From positions 96,001 to 160,000 of the forward strand of contig JBFWLW010000002.1 in the NCBI GenBank assembly GCA_050251945.1: a stretch of DNA of 64,000 bases. Reading direction: 5' to 3'. Source of the DNA: Deferribacterales bacterium (lineage in GTDB: Bacteria; Chrysiogenota; Deferribacteres; Deferribacterales; Geovibrionaceae). The translations under genes and the position numbers were made by a program. A model generated the notes under the pieces. That model was not told the origin of the DNA. It saw nothing but the letters and a program-made list of their open reading frames with translations, and made no database searches. The stretch's first letter is position 1. Every line of letters begins with the position of its first letter. This document shows positions 1 through 10,818 of the stretch, piece after piece.

Positions 1-296
1 TCTTTAACGGGAGCAACGTAGTGGTCAACGGCACCTTTACCTTTACCCTGTCTGACTTCAAGAGGTTTTGAGGTAACGGGTTTATGAGGGAAGATACGGA
101 TGATAAGGTTTCCGCCTCTTTTCAGGTATCTGTTGATAGCAATCCTCGCGGATTCTATCTGACGGCTTGTAAGTTTAGCTTTGCCGTCTGCAGCAAGACC
201 AAAGTCGCCGAAAGCCACATAGTGACCTTTAGACGCAACACCTTTGATGCGGCCTTTGAACTGCTTTCTATATTTCATTCTGTTGGGTGTAAGCAT
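1..296 (-). CDS. rplP: 50S ribosomal protein L16, 3' end beyond window edge
   Basis: Manual translation from CAT at 294-296: [19 protein letters not shown]...[22 protein letters not shown]; follows rpsC. Confidence 0.95.
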   Translation of the reverse strand, partial: MLTPNRMKYRKQFKGRIKGVASKGHYVAFGDFGLAADGKAKLTSRQIESARIAINRYLKRGGNLIIRIFPHKPVTSKPLEVRQGKGKGAVDHYVAPVK

Positions 297-955
297 TACT
301 CACCTGCCTCTGTTCTGCCTCTGTCTTCGAGAACTTCACCTGTGAAGACCCAAACCTTGATACCGATGATACCGTAGGTTGTAAGTGCTTCTGTGGTGCC
401 GTAGTCGATGTCAGCACGAAGTGTCTGAAGCGGAACGCGTCCTTTGATGTACCATTCTGTTCTTGCCATATCGGCGCCTGCAAGACGACCGGAACAAGCA
501 ACCCTGATACCGAGAGCGCCTGACTTCATAGCTTGAAGAACGGCTTTTTTCATCGCGCGTCTGAAAGCTACACGTCTCTGAATCTGCATGGCGATGTTTT
601 CGCCCACGAGCAGAGCGTTGATTTCGGGTTTCTTCACTTCTCTGATAACGAGAAGCACTTCGGAAGCCGTAAATCTTTTCAGTTCTCTTTTAAGTTTATC
701 AATCTCAGCGCCTTTCTTGCCGATGACGATACCGGGGCGTGAAGTGTTAAGAGTGATGCGCACTCTGTTACCCATACGCTCGATGCCGATTCTGGCAAGA
801 CCTGCCTGCATAAGCTTCTCTTTGAGGTACTTTCTTATTTTGATGTCCTCAAGAAGCTGTTGTCTGTATTCTTTTTTATTGGCATACCAAGTTGATTTCC
901 AAGGCTTGTTTATGCCAATTCTGTATCCGTTAGGATTTACTTTTTGTCCCACCAA
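296..955 (-). CDS. rpsC: 30S ribosomal protein S3
   Basis: [12 protein letters not shown] and [13 protein letters not shown] motifs; S10 operon order. Confidence 0.97.
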   Translation of the reverse strand: MVGQKVNPNGYRIGINKPWKSTWYANKKEYRQQLLEDIKIRKYLKEKLMQAGLARIGIERMGNRVRITLNTSRPGIVIGKKGAEIDKLKRELKRFTASEVLLVIREVKKPEINALLVGENIAMQIQRRVAFRRAMKKAVLQAMKSGALGIRVACSGRLAGADMARTEWYIKGRVPLQTLRADIDYGTTEALTTYGIIGIKVWVFTGEVLEDRGRTEAGE

Positions 956-964
956 TTACCTCCC

Positions 965-1297
965 TTAGTCTGAAAGCACGACAGTAATGTGGCTAGTAGG
1001 TTTGCGGATAAGGGACGCTCTGCCGTATGCTCTGGGGGTAAACCTTTTCATAGCGGGACCTGCATCCACTCTGACCTCTTTGATAATCATGCGGCTTGCA
1101 TCTGTAGCCCCGTGGTTCTCCTCTGCGTTGCTCGCAGCGGATTTAACGGCTTTGTACAGAGCTTCTGCACCTTTGTTAGGGGTAAATTTAAGGATGGTAA
1201 GAGCCTCCTCAACTTTTTTACCTCTTATAAGGTCAGCTACCGGGCGGGTTTTTCTGGTAGAAACTCTCTGAAATCTTGCACGAGCTATAGCTTCCAT
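965..1297 (-). CDS. rplV: 50S ribosomal protein L22
   Basis: KRFTPRAYGRA...KPTSHITVV; operon order. Confidence 0.97.
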   Translation of the reverse strand: MEAIARARFQRVSTRKTRPVADLIRGKKVEEALTILKFTPNKGAEALYKAVKSAASNAEENHGATDASRMIIKEVRVDAGPAMKRFTPRAYGRASLIRKPTSHITVVLSD

Positions 1298-1298
1298 A

Positions 1299-1580
1299 TT
1301 ACCTACCCTTTACCTTTTTGTCGTCTTTCTTGTGACTTCTGAAAGTTCTGGTGAGTGCGAATTCACCAAGTTTATGGCCAACCATGTTCTCTGTTACGAA
1401 AACAGGGATGAACTTCTGTCCGTTGTGGACCGCAAATGTCAGGCCGACCATCTCAGGAATCACGGTGCTTCTTCTAGACCAAGTCTTAATGACTTTTTTA
1501 TCGCCGCTTTCTTTGGCAGTTATCACCTTTTTCTCAAGGTGGTCGTCAAGGAAAGGACCTTTTTTCAATGACCTAGGCAC
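1299..1580 (-). CDS. rpsS: 30S ribosomal protein S19
   Basis: PRSLKKGPF...[11 protein letters not shown]. Confidence 0.97.
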   Translation of the reverse strand: MPRSLKKGPFLDDHLEKKVITAKESGDKKVIKTWSRRSTVIPEMVGLTFAVHNGQKFIPVFVTENMVGHKLGEFALTRTFRSHKKDDKKVKGR

Positions 1581-1592
1581 TTGTCAATCCTC

Positions 1593-2420
1593 CTACTTCT
1601 TCCTGCGGGAAACTATGTACTTGTTAGAGGGCTTATTCTTGGCTCTTGTTTTGTAACCCTTAGTAGGCACACCCCAGGGAGTCACAGGGTGACGTCCACC
1701 GGAAGTTCTACCTTCACCACCACCATGGGGGTGATCAACAGGGTTCATCGCAACGCCTCGAACAGTAGGTCTAACACCTTTCCAACGAGTTCTTCCCGCT
1801 TTACCGATTTGAATGTTCTCATGCTCGGTGTTGCTTACCTGACCGATAGTGGCTTTGCACTCGGCCTTGATAAGTCTGATCTCACCGGAAGGCATGCGGA
1901 CGTGGCAATAGGTTCCCTCTTTAGCCAGAAGCTGTGCGTATGTTCCTGCGGAACGCGCAAGCTGACCGCCTTTACCGGGCCTCATTTCCACGTTATGGAC
2001 AACTGTACCCACGGGCATGTCTTTCAGCATTTTTGCATTGCCAAGTTTGATGTCCGCATCAGCACCGCTGTGTATTTTGTCTCCAACTTTAAGACCAAGA
2101 GGAGCAAGGATATATCTTTTCTCACCATCAGCATAGAACACAAGAGCGATTCTTGCGCTTCTGTTGGGATCGTACTCGATTGTTTTAACGCTTGCTTCAA
2201 CACTGTCTTTGTTTCTTTTGAAATCTATCAGACGATATTTTCTTTTATTACCGCCGCCTTTATGTCTGACTGTAATGCGGCCGTTGTTTGCACGACCTGC
2301 ATGTTTCGACAGAGGCGCGAGCAGTGACTTTTCAGGCTGATCAGTGGTCACATCCTGGAAGTCGCTGTTGGTTCTGAACCTTACACCGTCTGAAGTCGGT
2401 TTAAACTTCTTGATTCCCAT
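1593..2420 (-). CDS. rplB: 50S ribosomal protein L2
   Basis: [17 protein letters not shown] motif. Confidence 0.98.
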   Translation of the reverse strand: MGIKKFKPTSDGVRFRTNSDFQDVTTDQPEKSLLAPLSKHAGRANNGRITVRHKGGGNKRKYRLIDFKRNKDSVEASVKTIEYDPNRSARIALVFYADGEKRYILAPLGLKVGDKIHSGADADIKLGNAKMLKDMPVGTVVHNVEMRPGKGGQLARSAGTYAQLLAKEGTYCHVRMPSGEIRLIKAECKATIGQVSNTEHENIQIGKAGRTRWKGVRPTVRGVAMNPVDHPHGGGEGRTSGGRHPVTPWGVPTKGYKTRAKNKPSNKYIVSRRKK

Positions 2421-2434
2421 TTAAGATTCCTCTC

Positions 2435-2722
2435 TTACACAAACTCCAGTTTTTCGCCATCAGCCAGAACAACAACGGCTTTTTTCCAGTCGCTTCTTTT
2501 GCCCATTGTGCGTCCGAAACGTTTTGCTTTGCCTTTGTAGTTCATAGTTCTGACATCTTTCACTTTCACGTTGAAAAGTTTTTCAATAGCCTCTTTGATC
2601 ATCTTTTTAGATGCTCTGGCGTCAGTTGCGAAAGTTACTTGATTAAGGTTCTCTTTCATCTCAACGGCCTTCTCTGTTATGAGGGGCTTTTTGATTACGT
2701 TGTACATTGAGAGTAAGCTCAT
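2435..2722 (-). CDS. rplW: 50S ribosomal protein L23
   Basis: PLITEKA...KKAVV; start moved to MSLLSM (ATG 2722) behind GGAGG. Confidence 0.95.
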   Translation of the reverse strand: MSLLSMYNVIKKPLITEKAVEMKENLNQVTFATDARASKKMIKEAIEKLFNVKVKDVRTMNYKGKAKRFGRTMGKRSDWKKAVVVLADGEKLEFV

Positions 2723-3345
2723 ACGAGAACCTCCTGAATACGTCCGATTGCATCCTGACAAAGCAGGATAGTGCGGGCGTTCATAACGTCGTATACGTTC
2801 AGACCGTTAACATCGAGAAGGTCAACGTAGGGCAGGTTGCGGAAAGCTCTTTCAGCTTTCTCGTCGAGTCCTGCATAAACTACGAGAACTTTTCTGTCGG
2901 CAGAGAAATTCTTAAGGATTTCAACCGCTTCTTTGGTCTTGCCGTTTGCAACGCTCAGTGCATCAATAATGTGCAGTGAACCCGCTTCGGATTTTGCCCT
3001 GATTGCAGATTTAAGAGCATTCTTAACCTTTTTCTTGGGCATAGTGTAAGCATAGTCTCTGGGATGGGGACCAAATGCTATAGCTCCGCCTCTCCAGAGG
3101 GGAGACTTTTTAGAACCGGATCTGGCACGGCCTGTACCTTTCTGTCTCCAAGGCTTTGCGCCTCGGCCGCCGTCCATTCTGGCTCTGTTGAGAGTGGAAT
3201 GCGTGCCTGCTCTTTTTGAGGCAAGCTGCATGATTACCACCTCATGCATGAGGGCAGGTTTTACAGGATACGACATAATTTCGTCGCTCAGATCAACCTG
3301 ACCTATTTTTTCGTTTTTCACGTTCTTCACGTCAAAAGTAGCCAT
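2719..3345 (-). CDS. rplD: 50S ribosomal protein L4
   Basis: KPWRQKGTGRARSGS motif. Confidence 0.97.
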   Translation of the reverse strand: MATFDVKNVKNEKIGQVDLSDEIMSYPVKPALMHEVVIMQLASKRAGTHSTLNRARMDGGRGAKPWRQKGTGRARSGSKKSPLWRGGAIAFGPHPRDYAYTMPKKKVKNALKSAIRAKSEAGSLHIIDALSVANGKTKEAVEILKNFSADRKVLVVYAGLDEKAERAFRNLPYVDLLDVNGLNVYDVMNARTILLCQDAIGRIQEVLV

Positions 3346-3357
3346 TAGTTCCTCAGA

Positions 3358-3996
3358 TTACTTTTTAGCCTTAACTGCTTGTTTGATGTAGACGACTCCG
3401 TCTTCATAGCCGGGTATCGCACCTTTAATAAGCAGCAGGTTTGTTTCAGGTATTATTTTCACCACTTGCAGGTTCTGTACGGAAACGGTTTTTCCGCCCA
3501 TTCTGCCGGGCATCTTTCTTCCCTTTGCTGTTTCGCCGGGAAATTCGCACATCCCTATCGAGCCGGGTACGTTGTGGAAGTGTGAACCGTGGGTCTTGGG
3601 ACCACCCGCAAATCCATATCTTTTAACAACACCCTGAAAGCCCTTACCAATGGATGTTCCCTGAACATCAATGAGATCGCCTTCCTCAAAGATTGTGACA
3701 TTGACCTGCTCGCCGACAGCTTTTTCCGAGCCGGATTCAGTTCTGAATTCCTTCAGATACTTGTGGGGCGCAACGCCCTGTTTTTTGAAATATCCGGTCA
3801 TGGGTTTGTTTACTTTGCCGTCTTTAACGATTTCTTCAAAACCCAGCTGAATGGCACAGTACCCGTCTTTCTCTTTGCTTCTCACTTCGGTGACAACACA
3901 GGGGCCAGCTTGCACAACGGTGACAGGCACTACGGTTCCGTCTTCTTTAAAGACCTGTGTCATACCCACTTTTTTGCCGATAATTGCTTTTGCCAT
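3358..3996 (-). CDS. rplC: 50S ribosomal protein L3
   Basis: [27 protein letters not shown]. Confidence 0.97.
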   Translation of the reverse strand: MAKAIIGKKVGMTQVFKEDGTVVPVTVVQAGPCVVTEVRSKEKDGYCAIQLGFEEIVKDGKVNKPMTGYFKKQGVAPHKYLKEFRTESGSEKAVGEQVNVTIFEEGDLIDVQGTSIGKGFQGVVKRYGFAGGPKTHGSHFHNVPGSIGMCEFPGETAKGRKMPGRMGGKTVSVQNLQVVKIIPETNLLLIKGAIPGYEDGVVYIKQAVKAKK

Positions 3997-4014
3997 TTTC
4001 GTCTTTTCCTACTC

Positions 4015-4323
4015 TTAGAGTTTTATTTCTACGTCAACGCCTGCGGAAAGTTCCAGTTTCATAAGGGCATCAATAGTTTGAGGGTTGTGCTCAAAAATGT
4101 CGATGAGCCTTTTATGAGTCCTTATTTCATACTGGTCTCTCGCGTCCTTGTTAACGTGTGGGGACTTGAGGATAGTAAACTTTTCAATCGAAGTAGGCAG
4201 CGGGATGGGTCCCACTACCTCTGCGCCTGTACGTTTCGCAGTGTTGACGATGTCTTTCACTGCTTTATCCAGAATTCTGTAATCGAAAGCTTTAAGCTTT
4301 ATTCTTATCTTCTGATTTTCCAT
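4015..4323 (-). CDS. rpsJ: 30S ribosomal protein S10
   Basis: [10 protein letters not shown]...GPIPLPT...RTHKRLIDI. Confidence 0.98.
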   Translation of the reverse strand: MENQKIRIKLKAFDYRILDKAVKDIVNTAKRTGAEVVGPIPLPTSIEKFTILKSPHVNKDARDQYEIRTHKRLIDIFEHNPQTIDALMKLELSAGVDVEIKL

Positions 4324-4334
4324 TAGTTCGCCTA

Positions 4335-5525
4335 TTACTCGGAGATCTCAACAACCACGCCTGCACCTACGGTACGTCCGCCCTCACGAATTGCGAAGCG
4401 AAGACCGGGATCCATTGCGATGGGTGTGATAAGTTCAACATCACAGGAGATGTTATCGCCGGGCATTACCATCTCTACGCCTTCGGCAAGAGTGATGATA
4501 CCTGTTACGTCTGTTGTTCTGAAGTAGAACTGAGGTCTGTATCCGCTGAAGAAAGGTGTGTGACGTCCGCCTTCCTCTTTTGTCAGGATGTATGCTTCAG
4601 CTTTGAACTTCTTATGGGGAGTGATTGCGTTCGGTTTGGAAAGTACCTGTCCGCGCTCAACGTCATCCTTTTTGATACCGCGGACAAGAATACCCACGTT
4701 ATCGCCTGCTACACCTTCATCAAGAAGTTTACGGAACATTTCTATTCCAGTTACTATTGTTTTCTGGGTGTCACGGATTCCGACTATCTGTACTTCATCG
4801 CCCACTTTTACTTTACCGCGCTCGATCCTGCCTGTTACAACTGTTCCGCGGCCGGATATTGAGAACACGTCCTCGATAGGCATGATGAAGTCTTTATCTA
4901 TGTCACGCTGAGGTTCTGCGATATAGTCGTCAAGTGCCTGTACAAGGTCAAGAATAGGCTGTGACCATTTGGGGTTGTCACCGTCTTCAAGTGCTTTAAG
5001 TGCTGAACCTTTGATGATAGGAGTATCATCGCCGGGGAACTCATAAGCTGAAAGAAGGTCTCTTATTTCAAGTTCAACGAGTTCGATAAGTTCCTCGTCG
5101 TCTACCATATCTATTTTGTTCATGAACACTACTATGTAAGGTACGCCTACCTGACGGGCGAGCAGGATGTGCTCACGGGTCTGGGGCATGGGACCGTCAG
5201 CGGCTGAAACAACAAGGATTGCTCCGTCCATCTGTGCGGCACCGGTGATCATGTTCTTTACGTAGTCCGCGTGACCCGGGCAGTCAACGTGAGCATAGTG
5301 ACGTTTCTCGGATTCATACTCTACGTGGGCTGTCGCGATGGTAATACCTCTTTCTCTCTCTTCCGGAGCCTTGTCGATGTTACCGTAGTCTACGAACTGT
5401 GCGAATCCTTTTTTAGAAAGGATGTTCGTGATTGCTGCTGTCAGGGATGTTTTACCGTGGTCAACGTGGCCGATTGTTCCGACGTTGACGTGCGGTTTCG
5501 TTCTTTCAAATTTAGACTTGGCCAT
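4335..5525 (-). CDS. tuf: Elongation factor Tu (str operon copy)
   Basis: [20 protein letters not shown]; follows fusA. Confidence 0.99.
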   Translation of the reverse strand: MAKSKFERTKPHVNVGTIGHVDHGKTSLTAAITNILSKKGFAQFVDYGNIDKAPEERERGITIATAHVEYESEKRHYAHVDCPGHADYVKNMITGAAQMDGAILVVSAADGPMPQTREHILLARQVGVPYIVVFMNKIDMVDDEELIELVELEIRDLLSAYEFPGDDTPIIKGSALKALEDGDNPKWSQPILDLVQALDDYIAEPQRDIDKDFIMPIEDVFSISGRGTVVTGRIERGKVKVGDEVQIVGIRDTQKTIVTGIEMFRKLLDEGVAGDNVGILVRGIKKDDVERGQVLSKPNAITPHKKFKAEAYILTKEEGGRHTPFFSGYRPQFYFRTTDVTGIITLAEGVEMVMPGDNISCDVELITPIAMDPGLRFAIREGGRTVGAGVVVEISE

Positions 5526-5552
5526 TTAAGTCCTCCTAAAACTTTTAACTTC

Positions 5553-7631
5553 TTATTTTGAATGAGTTTTAACTATTTCGTCAGCGATGTTGTTGGGAAC
5601 CTGCTCATAGTGGTCAAACTGCATTGTAGAGGTTGCTCTACCCTGAGTTATTGATCTGAGCTGAGTTGTATACCCGAACATCTCTTTCAGAGGCACCATA
5701 CATTTGATAACCTGTGCGCCGCCTCTGATATCCATACCCTCAACCTTGCCGCGTCTTGAGTTAAGGTCGCCCATAACGTCGCCGGTGTACTCATCGGGAC
5801 AAACGACTTCAACCTTCATGATAGGTTCGAGGATAACGGGACCTGCTTTTTTGGAAAGCTCTTTGAAGGCCATGGATGCCGCGATTTTGAACGCCATCTC
5901 GTTTGAATCCACGTCGTGGTATGAACCGTCGAAGAGGACTGCTTTAAGGTCTTCAAGGGGATAGCCTGCAAGGCATCCTGTTTCCATAGCTTCTCCGATA
6001 CCTTTTTCGATAGCGGGAATATATTCTCTCGGAATTGAACCGCCCACGATCTTGTTCTCGAAGACAAAGCCTGTACCGGGTTCCTGAGGATGCAGTTCGA
6101 TGCAGACGTGGCCGTACTGACCGCGACCGCCGGACTGTTTAATGTACTTGCCCTCTCCGGAAACAGACTTGGTAATGGCCTCGCGGTAAGCAACCTGAGG
6201 ATTACCGACGTTAGCTTCAACTTTGAATTCTCTCATCATCCTGTCGACGATGATTTCAAGGTGAAGCTCACCCATACCGGCGATGATTGTCTGACCGGTT
6301 TCCTCGTCAACGCGTACTCTGAAAGAGGGGTCTTCCTGAGCAAGTTTCTGAAGAGCCACGGACAGTTTATCCTGGTCGGTTTTAGTTTTAGGCTCAACGG
6401 CAACTGAAAGAACCGGCTCGGGGAATTCCATAGCCTCAAGGATGATCGGTTTGCTTTCGTCGCAGAGAGTATCGCCTGTGATGGTATATTTAAGCCCTAC
6501 GGTAGCGCATATATCGCCGGAGCAGATAGCTTTAATCTCTTCACGTTTGTCTGCATGCATCTTAAGCAGACGTCCGATCCTCTCTTTTTTGCCTTTTGTA
6601 GAGTTGACAACATAGTTGCCTGCTTCAAGCATACCTGAGTAAACTCTGAAATATGTGAGCTGCCCCATGTAGGGGTCTGTCATAATTTTAAATGCAAGAG
6701 CGGAGAAGGGTGCGTTGTCGTCTGCGGCTCTCTCTTCCTCAGCGCCCGTATCAGGGTTAACACCTTTGATAGGCGGGATGTCCATAGGAGAGGGAAGATA
6801 CGCGACAACAGCGTCAAGCATAGGCTGAACACCTTTGTTCTTGAACGCAGTACCACAGATAACCGGGATGAAATCAATAGCGATAACGCCTTTGCGCAGT
6901 GCCGCTTTAACTTCTTCCTCAGTAAATTCTTCGCCGTCAAAATATCTGTTCATCATCTCTTCATCAGATTCACAGATCATTTCAAGCATTTTAACTCTGT
7001 ATTCTTCTGCCTGTGCAAGGAGGTCAGCGGGAATTTCCTCTTCGCGGAAAGTTGCGCCGAGTTCCTCACCGTTCCAGACGAACGCTTTCATTTTAACAAG
7101 GTCAACGATACCTTCAAATTTATCTTCGGCACCGATAGGAAGCTGGATAGGCAGCGGTCTTGCTTTCAGTCTGCTCTCAATCTGAGAAACGACGTTGAAG
7201 AAATCCGCACCTGTTCTGTCCATCTTGTTAATGAATGCGATTCTGGGAACATGGTATTTGTCTGCCTGTCTCCAAACTGTTTCGGACTGGGGCTCAACAC
7301 CGCCAACCGCACAGAAGACAGCAACCGCACCGTCGAGAACCTTAAGAGAACGTTCAACTTCAATAGTGAAGTCAACGTGTCCGGGGGTGTCGATGATGTT
7401 TATCACGTGGTCTTTCCACATGCACTGAGTAGTAGCGGACGTGATGGTGATACCACGCTCACGTTCCTGTTCCATCCAGTCCATAGTAGCGGCGCCGTCG
7501 TGAACTTCGCCGATTTTATAGTTAACACCGGTGTAAAAGAGAACCCTCTCAGTTGTGGTCGTTTTACCGGCATCGATGTGCGCCATGATACCGATATTTC
7601 TCTGCATATTCAGAGGAGCTTTTCTAGCCAC
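5553..7631 (-). CDS. fusA: Elongation factor G
   Basis: [24 protein letters not shown] start. Confidence 0.99.
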   Translation of the reverse strand: MARKAPLNMQRNIGIMAHIDAGKTTTTERVLFYTGVNYKIGEVHDGAATMDWMEQERERGITITSATTQCMWKDHVINIIDTPGHVDFTIEVERSLKVLDGAVAVFCAVGGVEPQSETVWRQADKYHVPRIAFINKMDRTGADFFNVVSQIESRLKARPLPIQLPIGAEDKFEGIVDLVKMKAFVWNGEELGATFREEEIPADLLAQAEEYRVKMLEMICESDEEMMNRYFDGEEFTEEEVKAALRKGVIAIDFIPVICGTAFKNKGVQPMLDAVVAYLPSPMDIPPIKGVNPDTGAEEERAADDNAPFSALAFKIMTDPYMGQLTYFRVYSGMLEAGNYVVNSTKGKKERIGRLLKMHADKREEIKAICSGDICATVGLKYTITGDTLCDESKPIILEAMEFPEPVLSVAVEPKTKTDQDKLSVALQKLAQEDPSFRVRVDEETGQTIIAGMGELHLEIIVDRMMREFKVEANVGNPQVAYREAITKSVSGEGKYIKQSGGRGQYGHVCIELHPQEPGTGFVFENKIVGGSIPREYIPAIEKGIGEAMETGCLAGYPLEDLKAVLFDGSYHDVDSNEMAFKIAASMAFKELSKKAGPVILEPIMKVEVVCPDEYTGDVMGDLNSRRGKVEGMDIRGGAQVIKCMVPLKEMFGYTTQLRSITQGRATSTMQFDHYEQVPNNIADEIVKTHSK

Positions 7632-7643
7632 AGTGAGCCTCCG

Positions 7644-8120
<477 letters not shown>

Positions 8121-8130
8121 TCACCTTGCC

Positions 8131-8502
8131 TTATTTAGGTCTTTTCGCGCCGTATTTGGAGCGGCTTTTCTTTCTGTTCTTAACGCCTTCTGCGTCCAGA
8201 GCCCCGCGGATAATCTTATAACGAACACCGGGAAGGTCTTTTACCCTGCCACCTCTAACAAGAACAACGGAGTGTTCCTGAAGGTTGTGACCGATACCGG
8301 GGATGTAAGCCGTAACTTCAATCCCTGAAGTGAGTCTCACCCTTGCAACTTTTCTAAGAGCCGAGTTAGGCTTCTTAGGCGTAGTTGTGTAAACCCTTGT
8401 ACAAACGCCTCTTTTCTGAGGGTTTCCCTGAAGGGCGGGCGACTTGGTCTTTTCGACCGGTTTTTTTCTGCCTTTTCTTACCAACTGATTCAGTGTAGGC
8501 AA
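8131..8502 (-). CDS. rpsL: 30S ribosomal protein S12
   Basis: [24 protein letters not shown] start. Confidence 0.98.
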   Translation of the reverse strand: MPTLNQLVRKGRKKPVEKTKSPALQGNPQKRGVCTRVYTTTPKKPNSALRKVARVRLTSGIEVTAYIPGIGHNLQEHSVVLVRGGRVKDLPGVRYKIIRGALDAEGVKNRKKSRSKYGAKRPK

Positions 8503-8599
8503 CGTCGCACCTCCGTAAATATTGCTTCGCGTTTACATCGGCTTCCTGAGGCGATCTTCGGGCGCAACAGGACGCACCAATATCAGGCGAAGAGCAAAT

Positions 8600-8628
8600 A
8601 ACATAGCAATGCACAGTGATAAAGTCAA
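8600..8628 (-). promoter_or_regulatory. Putative sigma70 promoter of the str/S10 operon
   Basis: Minus strand TTGACT-17 bp-TATGTT with TGn extension, ~100 bp above rpsL. Confidence 0.6.
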
Positions 8629-8717
8629 GAATAATATTTGATGAAAGCTGTGCCGAAACAGGGAAAGGCAACCCGCGGACAAAAAATCTGTTGATTGCAT
8701 GTGAAATAATGCGCAGT

Positions 8718-10253
8718 TTAAGATTTCTTAAATTCTATACCAAGTTTTCTCATTTTATTTCTGAGAGTGCTGGGATTCATTCCGAGTTTTTCCGCAGCTC
8801 CGTCATCTCCGCTTATTTTCCATCTGGCTTGCTTAAGTGCCGTAAGAATATGTTTCTTTACTGTACTGTCAAGACATTCCGAACTTTCAGGAAATGAGGC
8901 GCAGGGGTCGTTTTCTATTACGCAGTCAAATTTCAGATGCTTCCCTTTGTTGATGATAAGCTCGCGTTCTATTATGTTCTCCATTTCGCGGACGTTGCCT
9001 GGCCAGTCATACCGCTTAATTCTTTCCGCAACGTAATTAGGAACCTTTGGAATATCTTTTATTCCAAAAGCGTTGCATTTCTTTTCGACAAGATATCTGA
9101 CGAACTCAGGTATGTCCTCTCTCCTCTTTCTCAGCGGCGGTATCTCTATGGGAAATACATTCAGACGCCAATACAAATCTTCACGAAAACGCCCGTCCTT
9201 GACCATTTCCCTGAGATTTCTGTTTGTTGCTGCGATTATGCGCACATCAACTTTTGTTGTTTTTCCGTTACCAAGTCTCTCTATCTCGCCGAACTGAATG
9301 GCACGAAGCAGCTTAACCTGCGACGCAAGCGGCAGTTCTCCGATCTCATCAAAAAACAGAGTACCCTTATGCGCAAGATGGAATCGACCGTTCTTAACAG
9401 TGTCCGCACCGGTGAAGGCGCCCTTTTCATGACCAAAAAGTTCGTTATCCACAAGAGATTCGGGAATGGAACCGCAATTGACCTTTATAAATGGTTCATC
9501 CTTTCTCAATGAATTAATATGTATATAATTTGCTATAACATCTTTTCCGACACCCGTCTCTCCGGTCAAAAGAACCGTACTGGGAAACTTTGCGATGCTG
9601 GAAGCCATTTCAACAACCTTTTTCAATCCGCCGTTTGCACCGACCAGAAATGCATTTTTCTCAACATTCTTATTTATAAACTCAATAAGATCGTGGCTTC
9701 TTCCAATAAGTCTGACATTATCTTCAATCAGTTTATTATAGACCAGAGCACTGAAAAAGAATTTTGAAACTGAATTGACAAGACACTTCAACAGTTTTTT
9801 ATGATGATCATTATATACATTGTCCTCAAAAGCTCTTATGACAAGCGCGCCGATTACTTTTGAAGAACCCTTTATCTGCAAAACAATGTCCGAGTTGCCT
9901 TTAAGCCCGATAAAATCAAGATACTCGCTCGGAAGGGGGGAATTATAATAACTCATATAGAAAACGTCTTCATCTCCGACACAAATATCTTTCTCACTCA
10001 GACTGGAAGGCATATCAGTTGCGACATTTGACTTCAGCAGAACACCACGCTCAACCTGACTGATGTTATACATCTGATTCGTGGCTTCCACGTAACATGC
10101 CATCTTGATGTAATCAATAGGCATATATTCACGAAGAAGTTTGTATAAATTCATCAGAAAATCATCCACATTGCTACTATTAAAGCAGATATGGGCGGCT
10201 TTATCTGCAAAACCGTCTAGATACAGCATAATAAAAAGTACCTCATAATTCAC
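8718..10253 (-). CDS. Sigma54-dependent enhancer-binding protein (GAF-like + AAA+ + HTH, FhlA-like)
   Basis: GETGVGKD Walker [33 protein letters not shown] and C-terminal HTH; start may be ATG 10229. Confidence 0.93.
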   Translation of the reverse strand: MNYEVLFIMLYLDGFADKAAHICFNSSNVDDFLMNLYKLLREYMPIDYIKMACYVEATNQMYNISQVERGVLLKSNVATDMPSSLSEKDICVGDEDVFYMSYYNSPLPSEYLDFIGLKGNSDIVLQIKGSSKVIGALVIRAFEDNVYNDHHKKLLKCLVNSVSKFFFSALVYNKLIEDNVRLIGRSHDLIEFINKNVEKNAFLVGANGGLKKVVEMASSIAKFPSTVLLTGETGVGKDVIANYIHINSLRKDEPFIKVNCGSIPESLVDNELFGHEKGAFTGADTVKNGRFHLAHKGTLFFDEIGELPLASQVKLLRAIQFGEIERLGNGKTTKVDVRIIAATNRNLREMVKDGRFREDLYWRLNVFPIEIPPLRKRREDIPEFVRYLVEKKCNAFGIKDIPKVPNYVAERIKRYDWPGNVREMENIIERELIINKGKHLKFDCVIENDPCASFPESSECLDSTVKKHILTALKQARWKISGDDGAAEKLGMNPSTLRNKMRKLGIEFKKS

Positions 10254-10397
10254 TGTCTTAAATAAGAATTATTTACATATGTAGCGATCTGTCAACATTT
10301 TAAATATGTTTTTCTTGCGGATATATCTTAGCCACTAACCTTTTGAATACCATGCAGCAATATGTTCTTCATGTGATGTTGGGCACATACAGCAATT

Positions 10398-10433
10398 TGC
10401 CGAATACGACAGCATTAATCGCCAAATACGGCG
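10398..10433 (+). promoter_or_regulatory. Paired palindromic upstream activator sites, copy 1
   Basis: TGCCgaatacGACA (10398-10411) and CGCCaaatacGGCG (10420-10433), 22 bp apart; conserved in copy 2. Confidence 0.65.
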
Positions 10434-10484
10434 AAAACGACTCCGTGTAATATTTTTTATTAATAATATCAATAGCATATCGTT

Positions 10485-10500
10485 TGGCACATCTGTTGCT
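10485..10500 (+). promoter_or_regulatory. Sigma54 -24/-12 promoter of cytochrome 1
   Basis: TGGCAC-atctg-TTGCT, exact consensus spacing; beside a sigma54 activator gene. Confidence 0.88.
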
Positions 10501-10584
10501 CATATGCTTAGGAATGTATCTGATTAAAGCGATTTAATGCTTGGTAGGAAAAAGAAAAATTTTAAAAGTATCATTTGAAAGTTC

Positions 10585-10818
10585 GCACAGGAAGCCGGGG
10601 ATGCAAAAGCCGTTAGCCTCCAAATTATCGGTTTTGACATCTGCCTTTCACTTTCACACAAAAGTGATGGCTTCCGGTGCTTTCTTTGAAGTGCAACAAC
10701 TATTTTACTGTATGGCAACAAACTCCTGCTAACTGACAACAGCACATAAAATTTTCAGGAGGCTAATTTTATTTATCTTGTGCCTGTCTCTGCGGAGTTA
10801 TTTATAGGAGGCTAATTT
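10585..10818 (+). ncRNA. Candidate structured cis-regulatory leader RNA, copy 1
   Basis: Three-way junction with TTAGCCTCC loop, then a hairpin with GGAGG in its loop, then the RBS; stems covary with copy 2. Confidence 0.65.

Noticed and set aside
10575..10690. c-di-GMP-I/cGAMP (GEMM) or cobalamin riboswitch in the cytochrome leader (GGGATGCAAAAGCC resembles GGGACGCAAAGCC)
   Set aside because: No GGCAAA/GNRA-capped hairpin or tetraloop receptor and no B12 box; a different fold is supported by both copies. An Rfam scan is still needed.
10524..10745. Paralogous small ORFs (10524-10745, 10541-10732, 13721-13909) in the cytochrome leaders
   Set aside because: Starts, stops and lengths are not conserved between copies; similarity comes from the conserved non-coding element.
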